Shown: in pieces, positions 56,426 through 64,000 of the stretch | How positions within the stretch are numbered: the first letter of the stretch is position 1 | Layout of the letters: each line of letters starts with the position of its first letter | Origin: Anaerolineae bacterium | GTDB lineage: Bacteria > Chloroflexota > Anaerolineae > Promineifilales > Promineifilaceae | Reading direction: 5' to 3' | DNA length: 64,000 nucleotides | NCBI GenBank assembly: GCA_007123775.1 | Contig: SLGK01000001.1 | Location: forward strand, 2,120-66,119 | Translations under genes and position numbers: made by a program | Notes under the pieces: model-generated | Told to the model about the DNA's origin: nothing | What the model saw: only the letters and a program-made list of their open reading frames with translations | Databases searched by the model: none

Positions 56426-59400
56426 CAACCAACAGTTGACAAAGAGCGATAGGCGGTTGCCTATTAGTCGGCCTTTGCTGGCAGGACTACTGCTATTGCT
56501 CGGCTGGGGGCTGCTGGCCTACGGTTGGCCCGTTACGGCCCAGGCCCAGGCAACGGCCTACTGGCAATATTCAGCAGCCAGCACCATGCGCCAGGTCATC
56601 ACGGTCGATCTGCGCGGCGACGGGGTAGATGACATCCTCATCATTACCCAAAATGGCCAGATAGACTTGCTGACTGCCGACGGCCTGCGCCAGTGGAGCT
56701 TCAACGTCGGGGAACCAGTCTACACCACGGCCGTCCTGCACGAGGGCACAGCCCAATCAGAAATTGTGTTAGGCGTCACCAATCGATTGCTGGTGCTTGA
56801 CAATGAGGGCCAGCTTGCCGCCGAAATCCCGCTGTCGCTGGCCCCCGTGCCACTCAGTTTGCTTACCAGCGGCCATATCGGCAGCGCACAATCCTGGCTA
56901 GATCAGCGACAGGCACAACCGCTGGCTGTCAGCCGCTATCAGGTCAATGATGGGCGGCAAGATATACTGGTTTTACTGCAAAACGGGCAACTGCATCGCT
57001 ATGAACGCAACGGCCGTTTTCTGTGGAGCCATCAAGAGCCGGGTATTGCCAGCGGCGACGCCAGCCTCAAGCTGCTGGTCGATGATATGGACAACAATGG
57101 CCAGGATGAGATACTGCTTGGCTTTTTTGACAACCGTCTCCGCTTTAGCCGGGTGGTTCTTCTGGATAGCGCCGGTCAGACTGCCTGGTCACAGTCGATT
57201 TCCGGCCGGTTGACCGCCCTGACCTTTGTCCAGTTTGAACCCGACCCCATACTGCCAGGCCCAACACCGCAACGCCATTTGGCTATAGGCAACAGCCAGG
57301 GCCAGGTATTGCTGTATAGCAAAAACCAGAGCCGCTTGTGGCCGCGCACCATCAACCGGCCGGTCACGGCCTTGAGTGCAGTGCCCTTGAACGATGGCCA
57401 GGCCCTCGCGGTCGCTAACGACGTGGGCAGCGTCATTCTATTTGATGAAAACGGCCGTCGTCTGTGGACCACCAACCTGGCTGCGGACGCCAACCGGCGC
57501 ATATTGGCTCTCTCGGCTCCGCCCCTGCCGCCGCTACCGGGCCGGCCGGCCCTGGCAGCACTACTTGCGTCAGCTACCGATACGCAGAGTGCCGACATGG
57601 TTTTGTTAGATGCAGACGGCCGTATCCTGGGCGAATCGGCCAGTGTGGACGCCCTCAGCCCTTTTTCGCGCCTGCTCGACGTCAATCGGGATCGCCACAG
57701 CGAAATGCTGCTGCTGCGCTTCCCCACCATTGAGCTGACCGGCCTGGGCATCGGCGCCAGCGACAACGCCAGAGAATGGGAGTATTCGCTGGGTACGCGG
57801 CCTACCGCTCAGCTAATCGCCGATTTGGACCGGGATGGTGAGGATGATCTACTGGTGGGGGGGGAAGACGGCCGTTTACATCGCCTTCGTAATGCCCCAA
57901 CCAGCAGTGGCCTACACCGCTGGGTGACTGATTTTGACCTGCCTATTACCCACCTGGCCCTGCTAACCCACGGCAGCGGCAGCCCAGATATTATCGTGGT
58001 TCGCTATCAGGATGGTGAGGGACGGTTGGAACGACGCCGCAGCGACAGCCATATGTTATGGCAGCAGCCGCTCCTCGAACCGATCACCAGCCTGCTCATT
58101 AGCAGTACGGGTGCCGACAGCCAGCCGGAAATTCTACTGGGCACAGCCTCCGGCACCGTGATCGCCTACGGCAGTAACGGGGAGCGCATCTGGTCAGTCG
58201 GAATGGGCCAGCAGCAGAGCGAAGCCATCAACCAGCTTTTGCTGCTGCCACAACCCGATCCTCAAGGAGCCAGACTGGTCCTAGCCAGCGGCGACCAGTT
58301 GCTCAAACTGCGCCATCTGAGTCAAAATCCCCAGGTCAACGAGATTATGCGCTTTGACGCACCCATTGTTCAGGTTCACCACGTGGCCCAGCGCTATGGC
58401 GAGCTAGAGGTAGCTTATCTGGTACTACTGGAAAACGGCCGTATTCATGGTCTTAACTGGCGGGGCATTGAGCTGACTCATCTGGGCTGGCCCTTCACCC
58501 TCAGTGCCAGCCCGACTATCAGCCAGCCAGCCCTAGACCTGCCGTTCGAGAGCGTTGACCTGGCCACCATCGCCGCTACCAGCAGCCGCCAATCTTTTCT
58601 CATTGCTACCGCAAATGACCGGCTGCAACGGTTCAATTTGAATGACAGCCAGCCCGATGTTAGCTGGCATCTTACCGGCCTGGGCCAGATAACGAGTCTT
58701 TTCTGGAAAGACCTCGACGGTGACAGCCGTCCTGATCTGGCCATTGGCAATAGTCAGGGTAAAGTGCGTCTCTACAAAGACGTACAAAGTCCTCTGCCTC
58801 TGCTGTACAATGAAATCGATTTGTTCAGCAGCATACAGGCCATCGGCACATTGCAACGCCGGCCCACACAAAGAGATGACCTGCTTATCATTAACGAAAA
58901 CGGATTGATCCAGCTATTCCGTACCCAGGAAAACAGACCGCCGCTGCTAACCAAACCCACAGCCGAAGCGGGTGCAGCCCAATACTCGATTAGCGTATCA
59001 GTGTTAGACGTAGAGCAAGATGGCGTTGACGTGCGTCTGGAACTGTATGATCCGGACGGCCAGGGCTGGCTGGCTCAGGAAACACGCCGCACTCGCGATG
59101 GTCGAGGCGAATTATTCTGGTCTATCGTTAATCCACCCGAAACAGCCGGCGGCGTCCGCTACCGCTTCTTTTTTGACGATGGCGTTCACCAGGGTTATAT
59201 GCAACCTCCGGCGGGACCGGCTCCGGTGCGACCGGTCGGCTTGTGGCAAAACATGCCGGCGCTGCTCCTGTTTATTGGGGTAGCAGGTGCTGTCATGATA
59301 GTCGTCTTCATGCGCCAGACACAAACCCCGACAACCCAGGCCAATCGCTTTTTCCGACGCTTACAGCAAACGCCCCAAAGAACATTAACGCTGCTGGCCC

Positions 59401-61436
59401 ACAAGTATGAACAGACTGGTGGCTCGCCAGACTTTCTACTGTCATTGGCTAATCGGGCCCGCCAGGAGAGCGCCTGGTTGGTAGCCAGTCTGGCCGATGG
59501 TCTCTTTTTGCTGGCGGACCGGCCTCAGGCGGGACTATCCATTATCACCAGTGTGCTGGACGAGGCACGCACACAGCAGCCACCGTGGGACGAATTGGAG
59601 CGTTGGCAGTCAATATATCACACTGCCCACAAGCTGCTCGATGCGCCTACGGTAACTGAGCTTAGCTTGCTGCAACCTGAGTTGGCCCACATGCTAACAG
59701 CGGTTGATGAGCAGGATGCACCCGAATCGGCGCTGTCCCGGCTGCTGCCGGTATTGACCAGCCTGCGCGATAGTGAACGGGTGGAGTTGTTTGAAGACCG
59801 GCTAGTTTATCTGAATGAGGCCGCTGCCCGATTGCAACGGCTGCAAGAACGGGCGGAACTGTGGCCGCTCAATATGGAACGTCGCCTGGCGGCCACGATT
59901 GCCCGGCGCTGGTCAGGACTGATTAGTGCTGAGGTGGAGGAGATTCGCGGTCGGGCGGACGTGATGGTACGGTTGAAAACAAAGCGACTGGTTCCCAACG
60001 GCCGTACTGACGTCAGTCTGGAAATCTACAATAACGGCCGTGCCCCTGCCGAAAACCTGCTCATTGCCCTGGACGAAAATCCAGCCTATACCGTTCACAG
60101 TGTGCCGCAGGCAATTCCCATTTTGCCATCCGGACGAAGCCGGCAGGTAAACTTTGTCATTGAACCACAGGTATCAGACCGCTTTCGGCTGGCGCTCTCG
60201 TTAACCTACGATGACCGCAATCAACGCGACATTCAGACCGCCTTTGGTGACATGGTGCATTTGCTGCCCCCTGTGCGCGACTTCCGCCCTATTGTTAACC
60301 CGTACGTGCCGGGCACGCCCTTGCGCCAAAACAGCAGCCTTTTTTATGGCCGCGAGCAGTTGTTCAAGTTCATTGCGGAAAATGCCGGACGTGTGGCCCA
60401 GCGCAACATTCTAATTTTGGTCGGACAGCGACGCACCGGCAAAACGTCGGCCCTGCTGCGGCTTTCCCATTACCTGCCGGAACACCTGGTTCCCGTTTAC
60501 ATTGATTGCCAATCGCTGGGCGTCACACCCGGTATGCCCGCCCTGTTTCATGAACTGGCCTGGCAAATTAGCGATTCCCTGGCCCAACAGGATATTGAGG
60601 TAGAGATTCCACCGCTGGTAGACTGGGAACACAACCCAACGGCCGTTTTGGAGCGACACTTTTTACCCCTGGTACGGGACAAGATGCCGGAGCCAATGAT
60701 GCTGTTGCTGGTTTTTGACGAGTTCGAGGCCTTTGAGAATCTGGTTGAGGACGGGATTTTACCGCCGACCCTTTTCCCTTATCTGCGCCACCTGATGCAA
60801 CACAGCGAGCGGCTCAGCTTCATGTTTGTGGGCACGCGCCGCCTGGAAGAGATGAGCGCGGATTATTGGTCTGTACTGTTCAACATCGCGCTTTATCAGA
60901 GGATTGGCTACCTGGGTGAAGAAGCTGCCACGCGACTGGTGCTAGAGCCGGTAGCGCCAGATTTGATTTATGATGACCTGGCGCTGGATAAGGTGCTGCG
61001 AGTAACGGCCGGCCATCCCTACTTCTTGCAGTTGGTCTGTTACACGCTGGTGAAGCGGGCTAACGCTCAACGCAGCGGCTACGTAACTATTTCTGACGTC
61101 AATGCCACGCTCGACGAAATGCTCAGTCTGGGCGAGGTCCACTTTGCCTATTTGTGGCAGCGATCTTCTCATACGGAGCGGGCATTATTAACGGCCGTTT
61201 CGCAACTGATGGACCGTCACACCACTTTCCACCCTGAAGACCTGATTCAATACCTGGCCCCATATGACTTCAAGCTGGAACCGGCTGAGGTAACGGCTGC
61301 CCTTAACCGGCTGGTTGAGCGAGACATCATGCGCGAAGTACCGGAGGGGGTCACCACGCTATACGAACTTCGCATCGGACTGGTCGGTCTCTGGACGGCC
61401 AAGAACAAAAGCCTCAGCCGGCTCTACGCACAGTAG
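56403..61436 (+). CDS. 1677-aa sensor protein: extracytoplasmic FG-GAP/PQQ-like beta-propeller repeats, one TM helix, a cytoplasmic helical and CARDB-like region, and a C-terminal P-loop ATPase (subfamily B)
   Basis: Signal/anchor LLAGLLLLLGWGLLAYGW. Repeats such as DLRGDGVDDILI, DDMDNNGQDEILLG, DLDRDGEDDLLVGGEDGRL, DLDGDSRPDLAIGNSQGKV. TM helix MPALLLFIGVAGAVMIVVF (~59254-59313). Walker A LVGQRRTGKTSALL, Walker B LLLVFDEFE, TAGHPYFLQLVC, and C-terminal LNRLVERDIM. The start overlaps the upstream gene by 23 nt. Confidence 0.8.
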   Translation: MRYEHPTDNQQLTKSDRRLPISRPLLAGLLLLLGWGLLAYGWPVTAQAQATAYWQYSAASTMRQVITVDLRGDGVDDILIITQNGQIDLLTADGLRQWSFNVGEPVYTTAVLHEGTAQSEIVLGVTNRLLVLDNEGQLAAEIPLSLAPVPLSLLTSGHIGSAQSWLDQRQAQPLAVSRYQVNDGRQDILVLLQNGQLHRYERNGRFLWSHQEPGIASGDASLKLLVDDMDNNGQDEILLGFFDNRLRFSRVVLLDSAGQTAWSQSISGRLTALTFVQFEPDPILPGPTPQRHLAIGNSQGQVLLYSKNQSRLWPRTINRPVTALSAVPLNDGQALAVANDVGSVILFDENGRRLWTTNLAADANRRILALSAPPLPPLPGRPALAALLASATDTQSADMVLLDADGRILGESASVDALSPFSRLLDVNRDRHSEMLLLRFPTIELTGLGIGASDNAREWEYSLGTRPTAQLIADLDRDGEDDLLVGGEDGRLHRLRNAPTSSGLHRWVTDFDLPITHLALLTHGSGSPDIIVVRYQDGEGRLERRRSDSHMLWQQPLLEPITSLLISSTGADSQPEILLGTASGTVIAYGSNGERIWSVGMGQQQSEAINQLLLLPQPDPQGARLVLASGDQLLKLRHLSQNPQVNEIMRFDAPIVQVHHVAQRYGELEVAYLVLLENGRIHGLNWRGIELTHLGWPFTLSASPTISQPALDLPFESVDLATIAATSSRQSFLIATANDRLQRFNLNDSQPDVSWHLTGLGQITSLFWKDLDGDSRPDLAIGNSQGKVRLYKDVQSPLPLLYNEIDLFSSIQAIGTLQRRPTQRDDLLIINENGLIQLFRTQENRPPLLTKPTAEAGAAQYSISVSVLDVEQDGVDVRLELYDPDGQGWLAQETRRTRDGRGELFWSIVNPPETAGGVRYRFFFDDGVHQGYMQPPAGPAPVRPVGLWQNMPALLLFIGVAGAVMIVVFMRQTQTPTTQANRFFRRLQQTPQRTLTLLAHKYEQTGGSPDFLLSLANRARQESAWLVASLADGLFLLADRPQAGLSIITSVLDEARTQQPPWDELERWQSIYHTAHKLLDAPTVTELSLLQPELAHMLTAVDEQDAPESALSRLLPVLTSLRDSERVELFEDRLVYLNEAAARLQRLQERAELWPLNMERRLAATIARRWSGLISAEVEEIRGRADVMVRLKTKRLVPNGRTDVSLEIYNNGRAPAENLLIALDENPAYTVHSVPQAIPILPSGRSRQVNFVIEPQVSDRFRLALSLTYDDRNQRDIQTAFGDMVHLLPPVRDFRPIVNPYVPGTPLRQNSSLFYGREQLFKFIAENAGRVAQRNILILVGQRRTGKTSALLRLSHYLPEHLVPVYIDCQSLGVTPGMPALFHELAWQISDSLAQQDIEVEIPPLVDWEHNPTAVLERHFLPLVRDKMPEPMMLLLVFDEFEAFENLVEDGILPPTLFPYLRHLMQHSERLSFMFVGTRRLEEMSADYWSVLFNIALYQRIGYLGEEAATRLVLEPVAPDLIYDDLALDKVLRVTAGHPYFLQLVCYTLVKRANAQRSGYVTISDVNATLDEMLSLGEVHFAYLWQRSSHTERALLTAVSQLMDRHTTFHPEDLIQYLAPYDFKLEPAEVTAALNRLVERDIMREVPEGVTTLYELRIGLVGLWTAKNKSLSRLYAQ

Positions 61437-61553
61437 GGGCGCACCCGCGTGTGCGCCCTGGTTCTCGGCAAACACAACTGTATGCGGGCAGACACGGGTG
61501 TGTAGGGGCAGGCACAGGGGTGTATGCGGGCAGACACGTGGGTCTGCCCCTAC
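61433..61553. repeat. GTAGGGGC-family palindromic element cluster
   Basis: GTAGGGGCGCAC-ccgcgt-GTGCGCCC, then GCGGGCAGACACGGGTGTGTAGGGGCAGGCAC..., then GCGGGCAGAC-acgtgg-GTCTGCCCCTAC. It fills the gap between convergent genes and includes the TAG stop at 61434. Confidence 0.85.
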
Positions 61554-61554
61554 G

Positions 61555-62043
61555 TTATAACTCTTTAGGACGCCAGATATTTAACAACGTGCCGGTGATA
61601 GCCTCATGGCAGTCGGCCCACCGCGTAACCGGCAGCCTGATATGAGCCAGAGCGGCCGTAGGCATTCGCTCGTAATGGCCAGTCAGTTCCTCAACCAATT
61701 CTTCCATACCCGGATTGTGACCAACCACCATTACGCGCTGATAGGCGTCATCTACCTGCCGCAGTTGAGCCAGATAGCTCTCAGGCCCGGCATGGTAAAA
61801 AGAGCGCGTCAGTTGCAGACTGTCCTCGTAATTGCTGTTGAGAGCCACCAATTCGGCCGTACTCAAGGCGCGTTCGGCCGTACTGGTGATGATTAAATCT
61901 GGCGTAAGCCCCTCGTCCCGCAGCAGGCGGCCCATACGGGGTGCATCTTGCCGTCCGCGCTTGTTGAGCGGTCGGTCATGGTCAGCCAGGCGGCTGTTTG
62001 ACCAGCTTGATTTGGCGTGGCGAAGAATGAGTAGTTCTTTCAT
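61555..62043 (-). CDS. sixA: Histidine phosphatase superfamily protein (SixA-like)
   Basis: MKELLILRHAKSSW contains the RHA/G catalytic motif. 162 aa with a later VVGHNP His motif. Confidence 0.8.
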   Translation of the reverse strand: MKELLILRHAKSSWSNSRLADHDRPLNKRGRQDAPRMGRLLRDEGLTPDLIITSTAERALSTAELVALNSNYEDSLQLTRSFYHAGPESYLAQLRQVDDAYQRVMVVGHNPGMEELVEELTGHYERMPTAALAHIRLPVTRWADCHEAITGTLLNIWRPKEL

Positions 62044-62059
62044 TGAAACTCTAGTATTT

Positions 62060-62097
62060 GTGCGTAGTGCGTAGTAAAAGGACTACGCACTACGCAC
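62060..62097. repeat. Perfect hairpin built from heptamers (GTGCGTA GTGCGTA GT / AC TACGCAC TACGCAC)
   Basis: 16-bp perfect stem (62060-62075 / 62082-62097) with loop aaaagg, between the clpP stop and the sixA-like start. No adjacent T-run. Confidence 0.9.
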
Positions 62098-62105
62098 CAC
62101 GTGGC

Positions 62106-62741
62106 TTACAGTTCGTCAGCCGACTTTACAATCTGACCAACCAGGCCATAATCCTGGGCCTCTTTAGCCGTCATCCAATAGTTACGGTCCGTGTCTTTTT
62201 CCACTTTCTCCAGCGGCTGGCCGGTCTGCTCGGCGAAGATTTGGTTGAGCCTGTGGCGCATCTTGAGAATTTCTTCAGCTTCGATAGCGATGTCGGCCGC
62301 CTGACCGCGCACGCCGCCCATCGGTTGGTGGAGCAGAAAGCGTGTGTTAGGCAGGCTGTAGCGGTTCTCGCGCTCGGCTGCCGCATAGATCAAGGCACCG
62401 GCACTGGCAACCCAGCCGGTGCCGACAATTTTAACGGGTGATTGCACAAAGCGAATCATGTCAAAAATAGTGTCGCCTGACTCGACGTGGCCGCCGGGAG
62501 AGTTAATGAAGATACGGATAGGCTCATGGGAGTCACCGTCCAGCACCAGCAATTTTTGGCAGACCTCCTGAGCCAGTTTCATATCAATTTCACCAAAAAT
62601 GGTAATGGTCCGTGTTTCGAGCATACGCTCTAGCAACGGCCGTTGCGGTTCCGGTTGTGGGGCTGCTGTCTCCTCCCCATTCTCTTCATCTGGCTCGGTC
62701 ATGGTGTCAGGTTCAAGGTCATCATCGTCAAATCTAATCAT
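62106..62741 (-). CDS. clpP: ATP-dependent Clp protease proteolytic subunit, with an acidic ~45-aa N-terminal extension
   Basis: TITIFGEIDM, GWVASAGALIYAA (catalytic Ser context), FLLHQPMGG (His context), AKEAQDYGLVGQI. Confidence 0.93.
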   Translation of the reverse strand: MIRFDDDDLEPDTMTEPDEENGEETAAPQPEPQRPLLERMLETRTITIFGEIDMKLAQEVCQKLLVLDGDSHEPIRIFINSPGGHVESGDTIFDMIRFVQSPVKIVGTGWVASAGALIYAAAERENRYSLPNTRFLLHQPMGGVRGQAADIAIEAEEILKMRHRLNQIFAEQTGQPLEKVEKDTDRNYWMTAKEAQDYGLVGQIVKSADEL

Positions 62742-62760
62742 GGTTTGGTTCCTTATTCAA

Positions 62761-62826
62761 GTGGCGGGTAGCGAGTGGCGGGTGGCGAGTGGCATACACC
62801 CGCAACCCGCTACTCGCCACTCGCTG
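62761..62826. repeat. Inverted pair of heptamer arrays (GTGGCGG/GTAGCGA/GTGGCGG/GTGGCGA versus CCCGCTA/CTCGCCA/CTCGC)
   Basis: Left arm 62761-62793 and right arm about 62799-62826, between the eno stop and the clpP start. Same heptamer family as 4188-4242; the 24191-24286 array has a related GTGGCGRA unit but period 8. Confidence 0.85.
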
Positions 62827-62830
62827 CTCA

Positions 62831-64000
<1,170 letters not shown>

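Overview
64-kb chromosomal window, fairly GC-rich and densely coding: about 55 protein genes, one tRNA-Pro(CGG), and no rRNA, CRISPR, transposase or integrase. All functional calls come from motifs I recognise by eye, with no searches run, and the taxon guess is inference only. Gene content (GT-C membrane glycosyltransferases, tungsten-type aldehyde:ferredoxin oxidoreductase, multihaem cytochromes, PT-rich linkers, many P-loop/wHTH regulators) suggests a filamentous Chloroflexota-like bacterium. Housekeeping genes: scpA, lutB/lutC, THUMP RNA methyltransferase, SF1 helicase, sixA-like, clpP, eno (runs off the right edge). Accessory blocks: (a) RNA-ligase plus methyltransferase pair. (b) A redox island at 9.6-20.4 kb: MoaD-like carrier, AOR, an octahaem cytochrome/4x[4Fe-4S]/NrfD trio, LysR, a 12-haem lipoprotein cytochrome interrupted by one in-frame TGA with a SECIS-like hairpin, and a four-domain rhodanese lipoprotein. 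(c) An HIP-free stretch containing an AT-rich two-gene islet and genes for a COG2403/cDPG-synthetase-like protein and an alkyl-DHAP-synthase-like protein. (d) A 10-kb operon of Flp/TadE/TadG-like prepilin N-termini fused to very large adhesin/lectin domains, with no Tad assembly genes in the window. It is flanked by two paralogous, translationally coupled cassettes, each a DNA-binding P-loop ATPase plus a membrane/sensor P-loop ATPase. At DNA level three repeat systems stand out: a highly iterated palindrome ACGGCCGT (about 90 copies by hand count); short, mostly heptameric tandem arrays, usually as inverted pairs at gene ends, reminiscent of cyanobacterial STRRs; and a GTAGGGGC(R)GAC...GTC(Y)GCCCCTAC palindromic family.
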